Shown here in pieces: positions 1 through 12,637 of a DNA stretch of 64,000 nucleotides. A program made the position numbers and the translations under genes. Source of the stretch: Octopus sinensis (taxonomy: Eukaryota); assembly GCF_006345805.1 (NCBI RefSeq), contig NC_042997.1, positions 193,812,001 through 193,876,000 of the forward strand, written 5' to 3'. Positions within the stretch are counted from its first letter, which is position 1; each line of letters begins with the position of its first letter. The notes under the pieces are model-generated. The model was not told the origin of the DNA. It ran no database searches and saw only the letters and a list, made by a program, of their open reading frames with translations.

Positions 1-63
1 ACATTTAGCAGTCTTTACAGAGAGAATAAGAGAGACGTGTAAGAGAGAAAAGGAAGAGACAGA

Positions 64-64
<1 letters not shown>

Positions 65-126
<62 letters not shown>

Positions 127-138
127 CGTGTGTGTGTG
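65..138. repeat. (GT)n microsatellite
   Basis: Direct dinucleotide run; the overlapping THTH ORFs are artefacts of it. Confidence 0.95.
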
Positions 139-396
139 TAGTCTCCAGGAATCGTTCGTAGACCCGATGGTGCAAAACAGGAAGAACATACTTTATAAAC
201 ATAGCATACGTACGCGCGCATTTTAATTATTCCATTGACATTCATAATTTCAATGAGAAACTTAGGTAGTTGCTTAACCTGCTAGAAATAGCTGTCAAAT
301 GTTCCTCAAATGACACATAAAACATGAAAGTTTACATTGCATAATACAGTTGAGAATACCCCTAAAGAGAAGGTATGGTTGACTAGGGTTGATTTA

Positions 397-759
397 CAGG
401 GGTTGGACAAAATAATGGAAAAACCTTAACATTTCAAACAAATTTATTTTAATATGGGGTAGGACCGTGTTTGGCACTAATTACAGCTTGAATTCTACGA
501 GATATGGACTCGTACAGAGTTTGAATTGTTTCCAAAGGAATTTTTGTCCATTCTTCAAATAAAACAGTCTACAGTTCTTGTAGTGATGATGGTAGACAAT
601 ATCGACTCCTTACTTGGTTTTCTAAAATGCACCATAAATTTTTAATAATATTGAGATCTGGGGATGGTGGTTGCCAGATAAGAGGTTCAACTTCACTAGA
701 ATGTTCCTCGTGTCATTCAGTAACCACTTTAGGTGTGTGAATTGGTGCATTATCATTGT
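397..759 (-). mobile_element. Tc1-family DNA transposon, 3' remnant (transposase C-terminus plus one TIR)
   Basis: Minus strand reads DNAPIHTPKVVTE*HEEHSSEVEPLIWQPPSPDLNII..LW..LE..VRSR..P..LQEL..VLFEEWTKIPLETIQTLYESI.RRIQAVISAKHGPTPY*, containing the DNAP and SPDLN motifs of DD34E transposases. TA-CAGGGGTTGGACAAAATAATGGAAA terminus at 395-420. Confidence 0.85.
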
Positions 760-773
760 GTGTGTGTATTCAT

Positions 774-804
<31 letters not shown>

Positions 805-1101
805 AAGATATATGTTTATCTGTGTATATATGTATATGTATGTGTGTGTATCAGCCTTTGGGTTTGTTTACGAATATATATAGGTTATGAGAGGTAATGG
901 TGTCATTAAGCCCCAAAGGTGTCAGGTAATGCTGAATAAGTGCTATAGATAGACCGTAGTTAAGTTCCAGATTCGGTGATTATGCGAATAATGGGTTCAA
1001 CGTTGGCCATATGTCAGCGTGTGTATATAAAATTTTCTTTTTCGTAATGAGATAAAACAAACCAAGTCTGTGTAGATTTTAGAACATTTATAGATAGAAG
1101 G

Positions 1102-1424
<323 letters not shown>

Positions 1425-1439
1425 ACTTAGATTAGTTTC

Positions 1440-1790
1440 CGGCATTATTGGTCCAAGCCATGACTAACTCAATAGCACCACCTGGAAAAGTATTTTAGTT
1501 AATTATTTCGGGACACTATGGACCACTCGAGTTGTTGTTGGTTGAGACGTATCCAGGTTTATCCGGTATTTCCTGGAGGGATTTGTCCAGGTACCGTTTG
1601 AAAGTTGTGGGATTTTTTTTCTACTTTAATTTCTTTTGGGACAACATTGAAAAGTGCAGGACCATTTGCAGTGAAGAAATTGTGTCGCAATGTTCTTATG
1701 TGATGTGATCTCCACCTTTATAGGGGACGCATTGCGCGGGGGCCTAGCCTTGGATGAATTGTAAACATAATGCAGTCGCAGTCAATTTGT
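1440..1790 (-). mobile_element. CR1/Crack-like LINE, 3' fragment (RT C-terminus)
   Basis: With frameshifts, the minus strand gives ..HNFFTANGPALFNVVPKE.. and PTTFKRYLDKSLQEIPDKPGY, typical of the invertebrate CR1-clade ORF2 end. Confidence 0.6.
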
Positions 1791-3598
1791 TTTTTTTCTA
1801 CTTTACATTCTTTTTCTACTTTACATTCTTCGATAAGGAAAAAGTGTAGATCAAGTTACGGTGACGTAAACACACCAACATCGTTTGTCAAGCGATGGTG
1901 GGAGGGGACCAAACACAGACACACAAACATGTATATATATATCTATATATCTATATATATATATATTATTCTTTGTAAGCCTAGTACTTATTGTATCGTG
2001 TAGATCAAGTCCAATACTGGACTTGATCTACACGGATCTATCCATCTCCGAAAAATGTGTTGTCTTGAGTCATTACCTGGTGCTCGATAATGGTTTCAAA
2101 TTATCAATCCGGAAAGAATGAAAGGCAAAGTCGACCTCAGCGGAATTTGAACGTAAAGACAGTGAAAACGCCGATAAGCATTTTACCCGGCGTACTAATG
2201 ATCTACCAGTTCGCTGCTTTACTCGAAATTAATATTGGTTTCACATTTTAGAACAAGGCCAGCAATTTCAGTGAGGGGACGGGATTAAGTAGATTACATC
2301 AAGTAGCACTTATTTTATCGACCCCGTAAAGACGATCTCGGCAGATTTTGCACTCAGAACGTAAAGTCGAACGAATTGCCGTTAATCATTTTGCCCGGCG
2401 TGCTAACCATTCTGCTAGCTCACTGCCTTATCCGAAATTAATATTACCGACATATAAAATTATTTAAATAATCCAAAGAATGTTTCAATCTTTTATTTAT
2501 TTATTTATTTATTCATTTATTTATAGAATAGTCACTAAATAAAGAAACAAATGAAACCAAACGAAAAGTAAAAAATAAAAAGTGCACGTTTATAGAATTG
2601 TTTCTCATTGTTGGTTATAAATGAATTTAGTAAACATAAAATGTAAGACTGATACGATTTCTTTGGTCTGCTTTAAGTTTTACTATTCAACCAACAGACA
2701 TGGCTTTAATGTCATTGCAACGTTTTGAAGTTTGACATTTTCCCTACTACTCTTTCCAATTAGCTACAATACCGCAACAAATTCTATTCGTTTTCTCTAT
2801 TCTTTTGAATTCTGTTTGTCCACAGATGGGACATTTTTAGGCAGTGCTTCGGCAGTGCATCGACTTTACTGGATTACGATACTCTGAAAAGAAAGCAGAC
2901 TACAAGAAAGAGAAGATGCAAAATAAAAACAAAATGTCTGCTGAAATCTAAAATGAGCGGAAGTAGTAATGGTAGCCATGTTTAACTATAGGTAGCCATA
3001 GCAAGCTATTTGTAGCTATATAGTTCAGCGAGTTCAAATGAACTCTAGAATATATAACATTTCCTTTTCTGGCTTACAATAAGTTCGATGACGTGAATTT
3101 GACATGCTGGCTTTTTAAACTTTTTTTAGTATGATCGTTGAAAACATTTATTATCACAGCCACACGCCAATACCAACACTACTCCTACTTCCACCACAGC
3201 TGCTACCACCACCTCAAATATCACTTTCGTTGCCACCAGCAACATAACTATCATTAGTATCAGCACACATTACTACGATAATCAGAATGACAACCATCAC
3301 GGTTACCAGAGCAACTGTTATGAAACCATCGTCACAAACATTAGCACTCTTACCGCAACCATAAAAGCGACCACCACTACAACAGTCATCATCATCATCT
3401 TCACTCTTCCCACCAGCATTCAAATTTGTTTGCAGAATAATTGGTATCCACGTAATAAATCAGTTTTAGGAATTGATCTTGGTTTAAAGTATATATCTTC
3501 AAGAAAACAAAAGAATCAAAAGAATCTGACAACAAACAGTTTACAGATGGAATCAATCAGTTTGTCAAAAGAAAGGGAGAGATACAAAAACCCCACCT

Positions 3599-3635
3599 TT
3601 CTCTGACGAATGATTACCAGTCGAAACGTTAAGAA
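3599..3635 (+). ncRNA. Degenerate minimal type I hammerhead ribozyme motif (PLE terminus remnant)
   Basis: UUCU-CUGACGA-AU-GAUU(ACC)AGUC-GAAACGUUA-AGAA. Both core boxes are present, stem I pairs UUCU/AGAA and stem II is weak. Confidence 0.5.
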
Positions 3636-3652
3636 TTTTGTCTAGATTCCTG

Positions 3653-3855
3653 GGCGATCTTTCGGTACAAGTACCATAACTGCCAATTATAAACCCACGT
3701 GGGTTTATTTACAATTCTGAAGAAAAAAGAAACCTTTTTCCCCCACCCCTAACCCTAACCCCACATATATAAAAAAATTTTACAGAAAGTGACGATCTTC
3801 TTCTGGAGTAAACAAACAGACTTGGCAGTTATGGTACTTGTACCGAAAGATCGCC
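3653..3855. mobile_element. 203-bp MITE with 34-bp TIRs beginning GG and an 8-bp TSD (Merlin-like)
   Basis: TIR GGCGATCTTTCGGTACAAGTACCATAACTGCCAA at both ends; TSD GATTCCTG at 3645-3652 and 3856-3863. Confidence 0.85.
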
Positions 3856-4544
3856 GATTCCTGCAAACCGATTTATTCTACATTTCAATCATTTGCTATC
3901 AAGACTGAAGTCTGATCATATCTAAATGATCCGATCTAAAACCAATCTTACCACATAATTAGCAGGGTTCACTCAAACTTCAACAAGCTTAAAGATCTTT
4001 ACTCCAACTCAGTAAGACCCTGTGTTTTGAAGAGTATAAAACTGTTGTGGCTATTTTTGTTTTTGTTACTGTTTAACCCCAATCCAGCTCTGACAGAACA
4101 GATATCTGGATTTCCCCTCCAAAAATTTCTATAAATTCTTTCCTTCTACTACGAAGCCTGAAATTTTGTGGAAGGGGACAAGTCTATTACATCGGCCCCA
4201 TTACTCAATTGGTACTTATTTCATTGACTCCGAAAGGAAGAAAAGCAAAGTCAGTCTCGGTAGAATTTGCACTCAGAACGTCAAACCGGATGAAATGCTG
4301 CTAGTCGTTTTCTCCTGCGTGCTAACGATTCTGTCAGCTCACCACCTTTCAGAAATTAATCCCTAGTAAAATCTCCTTAGTGCTTAAAAACTTTCTCTGA
4401 ATGTATGCAAGTCTCCTCTCTCCGAGCCACCGATGTTTATCCACGAGAAAGGCCGCCAAAATGGGCCGATACACATTGTCACCAGGGTTGTCGCAGGCAT
4501 TGCCGCCAGATACCGTAAGGCATTTTCCAGACCTCTCTGATAGT

Positions 4545-4942
4545 TCTTATTTCTTTATTGACCACAAGGGGCTAAACATAGAGGGGACAGACAAAGGTAT
4601 TAAGTCGATTACATCGACCCCAGTGCGTAACTGGTACTTAATTTATCGACTCCGAAAGGATGAAAGGCAAAGTCGACCTCGGCGGAATTTGAACTCAAAA
4701 CGTAAAGACAGACGAAATACCTATTTCTTTACTACCTACAAGGGGCTAAATACAAAGAGGACAAACAAGGACAGACAAACGGATTAAGTCGATTATATCG
4801 ACCCCAGTGCGTAACTGGTACTTATTTAATCGACCCCGAAAGGATGAAAGGCAAAGTCGACCTCGGCGGAATTTGAACTCAGACAAAATACGGCTACGCA
4901 TTTCACCCGGCGTGCTAACGTTTCTGCCAGCTCGCCGCCTTT
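4545..4942 (-). mobile_element. tRNA-derived SINE family A, tandem multimer
   Basis: Repeated TCGACCCCAGTGCGTAACTGGTACTTAATTTATCGAC..GAAAGGATGAAAGGCAAAGTCGACCTCGGCGGAATTTGAACTCAGA, which contains the reverse complement of the B-box GAGTTCAAATTCC. A further single copy lies at about 4170-4345. Confidence 0.85.
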
Positions 4943-6317
4943 TGACAGTTCTATCAATCCATCACCCTTGGGCTGGTACTATTTTCTCCAACCCCAAAAG
5001 GCTGAAACGCAAGGTATTCTACCCAACGTGCTTGAGACTTTGCCAGTTCTTTGCCCTCTGTGTCACTTAATGTATTATTAAAATTAAAGTAGTGATGTTT
5101 GTCTGCAAAATATAAGTATGAATGTCGTGATTTATGAAAAGTCATGCACGAGTTCAGCGACAAAAATAAGTTGGGGAATCACTACTGATTTTTTTTCTTT
5201 TTTGTTCATCTTGCGCTCTAGGACCCAAAGAGCCGGTTACCCGGTTTCCGTAGCGTAGCGTATATGTAGGACCGTATTAAGACTCATAGAGGCTCTATGC
5301 ACATGAAAAATTTTGGTGCACCCATATGTATGCAATTCAAAATATAAATAATAATAGACCATAAAATAATTTTTTTTATTTTTCAAAATGAAATTAAGCT
5401 AGCAGTAGGATGGAAAATAATGGGGTTTCCTTTTATATACATCCACTTTATTTATATTCGAAAAGTTTTCTCCTACTTTTTCAATTGCAAAGTCTTTGCT
5501 CACAACCTCACTATGATGCCATCAGCACTTCGAAATTACATTTCCGATCGTATAAACCACTTCGAAGAATATTTTAGCAAGGTTAAAATTATTTTTTTTT
5601 TGTGCCGTAAACCTTTTACCATTTCTATGGTGCCTCCCTTCCCTTCATGCCCAACGTAGGTGCTTATTTTGTTTAATGGTTAATCCAGCGCTGCTTGAAC
5701 GGGATGCCGACCTGTTTGTTGCAGGGTGCAAAGTTAGAGATTTTTGAGGATAGGAGACAAGCCGATTACATTGACTCCAGTACTTGACTCGTACTTTATC
5801 TCATCGATCCCGAAGGAATGAAAAACTGGAAGAAATGCAGACGTGTTAACGATTCTGCCTACCCGTTGCCCTCCTTCCTGATTAACGTCATTCCAATTCG
5901 TCCTGTTTATTTATGATGTCGTAGATCAAATAGTTTCGGATCAGCAATTTCTTTGTATAAAATATCATAGCTGCATTTTGCTGTTTAGCAGAGAGGAAGC
6001 ATATATTAGAATGTCGAGTTATTCTCATAAACAAATGGCGAACTATCAACGAAGCAATGGCATCACAATTCTATTGTATTCAGCTCAATAACTTCTGCTT
6101 GATTCACATGGTTCGTTCTGTCAGAAATAACCGAAAAATTTAACGATCTTTCGACGCTTTTTATTTTTTATTTTTATTCTTCATAATAATAATAATTTCT
6201 AAAAAGAAACAAATGATTTACTGGGGAAAGTTCTAGATTAACTTAGTAGACATTTAATTTGATAAGATTAACTTTGACATATAGATTCGAAGAAAAAACA
6301 TAATCGATACAATTCAG

Positions 6318-6421
<104 letters not shown>

Positions 6422-6974
6422 ATAATGTATGTATATATATATAATGTATGTATACATTCGATTTTATATCATGGAAGTTCAGAGAATATACTTGATTTTT
6501 TCTCGATATCGACGTCCATGGCAGACAATCTGGAAGAACCGAGCAACTTTAACGACCAAACCTCATATAAGCATGCAGTGAATGACTTCACATGATTCTA
6601 GCAATGTTTAATAAAGCAGAATTGTCCTTTCACCGAGACTAACCTCTTCACAACCTCTTCTTATTGACACTTTCATCAGAATAATCTTGTAGTCGCCGTT
6701 CTAAGCTGGGGGATCCGCATGACCCTTTGGGGATCGATGAAAGATTTTGCTGTTAAAATTTATGTGCAATGGATTGGATATACTTCGACAATGCATGAAA
6801 TATTTTGACAATTTTCCAATACAATTCCTAATGATGTTTAATTATAAAAACATAATTGATTTTTTTAAACATCGAATATCTGTGAGGGTCCACACGAGTG
6901 AAATAGAAATCAAAGGGGTCTATAGGTAAAAATAAAAAGTGACTGAGAACCACAGCTGCAGATGATATATAATA

Positions 6975-7232
6975 AAAAAATAAATGCACCCTTTTAAAGC
7001 CTAGCCATGTGTTTCTAGCCCGGTTTCTATGGCGTATGTGTTCCCTAGTTGGACGGGACGCCAGTCCATCACAGCGTTACTCATTTTTGCCAGCTGAATG
7101 GACTGGAGCAACGTGAAATGAAGTGTTTTGCTCAAGAACACAATGCAACGCGTCGCCCGGTCCAGGAATCGAAACCACAATCTTGCGATCATGATGCTGA
7201 CACCCTAAACACTAAGCCACGCGCCTCCACGT
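6975..7232 (-). mobile_element. tRNA-derived SINE family D
   Basis: Reverse complement of the copy at 27208-27465 (head GTGGAGGCGCGTGGCTTAGTG..TTTCGATTCCTGGACCGG). Confidence 0.8.
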
Positions 7233-7436
7233 AAACGATATATACTAGGAACTATGTACTGTAAACTTTGCCTCAGAAGAATTTATAGATGTATAGTTAA
7301 GAAATTCGCTTCTCAGCCACATGCTTCCGGGTTCGATTCTACAGCGCGGCAATTTATGCAAGCGTATTCTATCATACCCACGAGTTGACCAGCGTCTTTC
7401 GAAGAAAATTTGGTAGAGAAGGTATGCGTAAATCAA

Positions 7437-7469
<33 letters not shown>

Positions 7470-7567
7470 AGCTCGTTTCCATTCCCAGTTATGTTTTAAC
7501 CGTTGCATTGAAAACACACTACTAGTTTCTCTGATACAAAAATGCAGTTTTCTTTTTCTTAATATAG

Positions 7568-7666
7568 AAATATATTGTGCTGCGTAATAAGAAGCAACAC
7601 ATGATTAAGTGGAAACATCTGAATTACTCACAAAACCTAGGAAGAAGTATAATTTTCTCAGCAAAG
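7568..7666 (+). CDS. Candidate 99-bp phase 0-0 exon (KYIVLRNKKQHMIKWKHLNYSQNLGRSIIFSAK), possibly TEP MG2-like
   Basis: Polypyrimidine tract plus AG acceptor (ttttctttttcttaatatag), donor aag|gtaatg, open in frame 0. By eye it loosely resembles the TEP/CD109 MG2 segment. Confidence 0.3.
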
Positions 7667-8189
7667 GTAATGAGAAACATGATTTTTTGTACATGGTGGG
7701 TCTGTTATAATCTTAGTCAGTTATACATCATACAAACTGGCTTTGTGCCCAAGAGCTCATGCCAGACAAACATAAATCTAAGTCTTATTTGTGTTTGGTG
7801 AAAGGGACGATACCTGTTATCCTTTGCAGGCCCTCCCTGGTCAATAAGATAGATGCGGTTGGTATTACGTTTCATAAAGCATGGCTCTCTGTCGGTTATG
7901 ATGGCGAGGTTTCCTGTTGATCCTTTCTACTATAGACATAAGGTTTGAAATTTTTGTAGGGAGGAGTCCAGTTGATTAGATCGACCCCAGTACGCAACTG
8001 GTACTTAATTTATCGACCCCGAAAGGATGAAAAGCACGCTGCCAGAAATCGAACTCGCAGCTTTATAATCATAAGTCAAACACTATTACCACCAAGCCAT
8101 GCGTCTTCACAAATATCCTTTTCTACTCTAGACACAAGCCCCGAAATTCTGGGGGAGGGGCCAGTCGATTAGATCGACCCCAGTACGCG

Positions 8190-8448
8190 GTCAAGGGATC
8201 GCGGGTTCGAATCTCAGACCGGGCGATCTGTGTGTTTATGAGCGAAACACCTAAGCTCCACGCGGCTCCGGTAGAAGGTAATGCGAACTTCTGTTGACTC
8301 TTTCGCCACAACTTTCTCTCGCTCTTTCCTCCTGCATCTTGCAGCTCACCTGCGACGGACCGACGCCCCGTCCAGGTGGGGAACCTACATGCCAAGGAAA
8401 CCGGGAAACCGGCCCTTATGAACCAGGCATGGCTCGAGAAGGAACAAA
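8190..8448 (+). mobile_element. tRNA-derived SINE family B (5'-truncated)
   Basis: GGGTTCGAATCTCAGACCGGGCGAT..GAGCGAAACACCTAAGCTCCACGCGGCTCCGG, shared with the copies at 11224, 25925 and 50515. Confidence 0.8.
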
Positions 8449-9018
8449 CATATATATATATATATATATATTGTAGAATAAGAAATAGAAAGTTCTTAGT
8501 ACAGTATTATATATTTGAAAAAAAATTAATAGAAATGTTTTTTCTGATATTTATCCACTCCAATAATCAGATGTTTATAAGTTTAAACATCTAATTATTA
8601 AAGTGGAAAAAAACATCAGAAGAACCATTTCTATTAATTTTTTTAAATATATGTATATATGTGTGTGTGTGTATGTGTGTGTGTGCGTGTGACCACCGCT
8701 TGACAACTAGTGCTGGTAGGTTTACGTCACCGTAACTTAGCGGCTCGGTAAAGGAGACCGGTAGAATAAGTACTAAGCTTACAGAAAATAAAAGTTGTTC
8801 TGGTGTCAATTTGTTCGGCTAAAATTCTTCAAATCGGTGCCCCAGCATGGCCGCAGTCAAATGACTGAAACAAATAAAAATGATTTAAAATGTATAATTT
8901 ATCGATGACTACTTATACATCATCCAATGCAGCCTTCATTTTTCAGACTGATAGCATTTAACTGATGAAGATTTGGCTGCAATTTCTTGCAATTTGATCG
9001 GTTACATTATTATTATTA

Positions 9019-9551
9019 TTGAGTGAGAGAGCAGTGAATGTCATCAAAGTGACACTGTGGTAAAATATACGAAGCCCAGTATACCCATCGTGACAATCCG
9101 TCTGAGGCACATGCATCACAACCATATGTGCGCGACATGGTGATCTCATATCAAGATAGACAGCACATAACCTTGCAGGTGGGCCCCAGTTAGAATTTCT
9201 TCTGGTCGAGTAACCCATCCTACTCAAAAGGTCCCTGAATAAGGGTTGTTTAAGAATGTTGAACGAAACACCTATGTTTCCAGAAATGAATTATTCAAAC
9301 CTCAAAGAATCCCTCTCAACACATGGCTATGATGCTCCCACGCTACTTCTGCTCGTAATCAGAAATGCACATATCGTCAGCCACTAAGGGACATGGTCAA
9401 CTGGTTACGGTCAAACAACTGACAAGCAAATCTGTGGTATTGAGCAGAATATTTGCTGTAGCCCATCTTTTATACCAAGGCAAAACAATGTACATGATAA
9501 CACTTCCAATCAGTTAAGATCAGAAACCACGAGAGTCACTGCCTGGTACTG

Positions 9552-9553
<2 letters not shown>
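9019..9553. mobile_element. Interspersed non-coding element embedded in (ATT)n; partial second copy at 32668-32820
   Basis: GAGTGAGAGAGCAGT..CATCAAAGTGACACTG..AAATATACGAAGCCC recurs at 32668, and both copies are flanked by ATT repeats. Confidence 0.65.
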
Positions 9554-9606
<53 letters not shown>

Positions 9607-9609
<3 letters not shown>

Positions 9610-9770
9610 TAGTTTTATTTTTATAGCGTGCTTTCACTTCACTACCGAGCGCAGCTCTGTGTGCCTTGAGTATGTGTTGTGATTTGTTGTGGTGCTCTGA
9701 TGGTTACTGTATTGAAAGTGTTTTGCGTAGGATGTGTGCAGTGCCCAGTAGTGCAATTTTCTATTTATTT
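9607..9770 (-). mobile_element. R4/Dong-like RLE non-LTR retrotransposon, extreme 3' end in (TAA)n
   Basis: Minus strand reads KIALLGTAHILRKTLSIQ*, followed by a short 3' UTR and a (TAA)n tail, with ATT repeats on both sides. Confidence 0.75.
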
Positions 9771-9775
9771 ATTTA

Positions 9776-9812
<37 letters not shown>

Positions 9813-10182
9813 CATAGCAATGACGACGGCGGCGAAGAGACTGATGTTTTTGGCTTTGTCGAAGTTGTCAAAATTGTTTTGCTGTTCCAAAATTATTTTA
9901 TTGGAATTATGAGAGACGACGTATCGAGTTTATGAGAAATATTGGATACGCGTTACTATTGACATCTATAAACTAAACTGATATAGTTTTAGTATACAAA
10001 TATAATATGGGTGATATAGTTTAATATTGGCATCTAAAAACTAAAGTAATATGATTACTTTTAGAAGCTGCGAATCTCGAAGCAAATAAAATTGTAAATA
10101 ATAACGTTTAAATATTGGGTTAAAAACTCGTGGATAGAAAATATCGAAGGACTTGAACTCACATTTGTGAAGACGACAGGCG

Positions 10183-10595
10183 GGATCTTTTCGGCTTGAA
10201 CGGCAGGTTTTAAAATAATTTCCACGTAACTAAACACTTTCAAACTTCGTATACTGGTAGAATGTGTTTATAAAACATCTTTTTCTCTTGGCTTTATAGA
10301 GAAAATTCTATAGTTTGTAAGATATTTGTTGTTGTTTTTTCATCAATTTCTGCAATTTCAACCAATCAATGACGTCTATTGAGGTGAAAACATTCTGTGC
10401 CGTATGAATATGTCCCTCGTTTAAGAAACAGATTGGGTTTATTTACATTTCTGAAGAAAAAAGATACCCTTCCCCCCACCCCTAACCCTAACCCAAACAC
10501 AGATTGAAATGCAATAGATCGATACTAGGGTCATAATTATGGGTGGCAATTTCATATGACACTAGAAAAAACTGCCGTTCAAACCGAAAAGATCC
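10183..10595. mobile_element. ~415-bp MITE with GGATCTTTTCGG TIRs and an 8-bp TSD (Merlin-like)
   Basis: TIR GGATCTTTTCGG(C/T)TTGAACGGCAG; TSD GACAGGCG at 10175-10182 and 10596-10603. Confidence 0.85.
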
Positions 10596-11223
10596 GACAG
10601 GCGTTCTACTACAGGACCAAAACAATCCTTCACATTCTTCTATTTATTTTACAAACTTTACTGTTATGACGAGAATTACATGTTAATGACATCACAAATA
10701 TTTAGAAACTTCGAGAACGTAAAATAATTACTTTTAGGAACGGTGAATCTCGAAGCAATTAGGGCTATATAAAAGAGTGTGTAAATTTTCTGTCCAAAAG
10801 GCATTTTTAATCCGATATTTAGACGCTATTATTTATAGCTTTATCTGCTTCGAGGTTCACTGTTCCAAAAACGAATTATTTCACGTTCGCTTAGTCTTTA
10901 AATTCTTTGAAAGTAATATAGTTTTGATATAGAAATATAACTGGCAGATTTGCTTTAGTTTCGATATCTATAAACTGAAGTAATATAGTTTTAGTGTAGA
11001 AATAATGGAATCTAAAAATAATAATATATATAAAAAAAATTAGTGGAAATTTTCAAATCTCTTGTTATTATCGATGTAGTTTAACCATATTTTAGTTTGG
11101 ACAGCTACAAACGAAAAATAATATAGTTTGATTATAAAAATATAGTGGTGATATTCAAATCTCTTATTATTATCGACGTAGTTTAACACATTTTAGTTTA
11201 GACAGCTACAAACTAAAAATAAT

Positions 11224-11545
11224 GTTGTTTGTTCCTTCTCGAGCCACGCCTGGCTCATAGGGCCGGTTTCCTCCTTTCTTTGGCGTATAGGTTCCCCACC
11301 TGGACAGAACGCCGGTTCCCCACCTGGACAGAACGCCGGTCCATCCTGCTACAAGATGCAGGAGGAAAGAGTGAGAGAAAGTTGTGGCGAAAGAGTCAGC
11401 AGAAGTTCGCCATTACCTTCTGCCGGAGATGCGTGGAGCTTAGGTGTTTCGCTCATAAACACACACATCGCCCGGTTTGAGATTCGAACTCGCGATCCCT
11501 CGACCGCGAGTCCACTGCTCTAACCACTAGGCCATATACCTCCAC
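11224..11545 (-). mobile_element. SINE family B inserted in a ~100-bp AT-rich minisatellite
   Basis: Near full-length copy with AAAAATAAT on both flanks (probable TSD) and an internal tandem duplication of GGTTCCCCACCTGGACAGAACGCC. Confidence 0.8.
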
Positions 11546-12104
11546 AAAAATAATATAGTTTGAATATAAAAATATAGTGGAGATATTCAAATCTCTTGCT
11601 ATTATTATCGACGTAGTTTAACCAGAAGTCGTCCCAGACCCTAGCCAAGGCCATCCGGTCTTTTCAGTCTAAGTTGTATCAGGTTATTATATATCTGTTT
11701 AGTCTTTCCATTTATTAAAAGAGTAATTAGAAGGTCTGCTAGTTCTTTCTAGTAGGGTGAACAACAACAGAATGACTCACTCCTTGGGCTCAGTTTTAAT
11801 CACACCCTCAGGTTAAGTTATATCACTTCATCAGCATAGCTAAATGTTTGAGAAGTTCATTTCACAAATGCAGGTTCTCGCATCCATTGGGCCCGTTTCA
11901 AATTCTTGTAACGGAACAAACTCCACTAAAGATACTCAAAGTGCCAATGTGGTATTAAATCGAGTGGCGGATGATGTCTACAAGCCAAGTGGGCCCTAGC
12001 GGGATTTGAACTCAAAATGCAAAGAGCCGGAACAAATATCGCATAGCTTCCCGTTTCACACTCAAACAATTCCATCAGTGTATATATATGTGTGTGTGCG
12101 TGGG

Positions 12105-12361
12105 GATTGAAAGCCCTGAGCACTTCCCTTGCCAAATTTATAAGGGATCTCAAAGAGAGTAATATTGATTACTCTATTTCGTGGTCAATCATGCATACCG
12201 ATCTTCCATACAAAAGGTGGGATAACTGTAATTTATGTTCTACGGCGAAACTTGAAATGTTCAGGTGTAACTCGGACTTAATTAGTAAGCGTCACGAATT
12301 ACTGGAACGTTGTTCTCACCAACTCAACATAATTATTTTTTTGAAAATTCCGTTTAGCTAA
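12105..12361 (+). mobile_element. Naiad-type PLE, degenerate GIY-YIG C-terminal fragment
   Basis: ALSTSLAKFIRDLKESNIDYSISWSIMHTDLPY..CNLCSTAKLEM..DLISKRHELLERCSH parallels the C-terminus of the 36187 ORF (STSLSKRIWELKDK..FKLRWSII..APY..CQLCCVE..LINKRSEFKPSCIH). Confidence 0.8.
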
Positions 12362-12435
12362 CTTTTCAATAACCCCAGTATTAGCACAAATGCTAATATA
12401 TAAAATATATAATATATAAATATGTTCTCTATATG

Positions 12436-12606
12436 GGCGCAGGAGTGGCTGTGTGGTAAGTAGCTTGCTTACCAACCACATGGTTCAGGGTTCAGTCCCA
12501 CTGCGTGGCACCTTGGGCAAGTGTCTTCTACTATTGCCTCGGGCTGACCAAAGCCTTGTGAGTGAATTTGGTAGACGAAAACTGAAAGAAGCCCATCGTA
12601 TATATG

Positions 12607-12637
<31 letters not shown>

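Noticed and set aside
12436-12530. SINE heads as tRNA genes
   Set aside because: A and B boxes are present, but there is no complete cloverleaf, and each continues into a shared SINE body.
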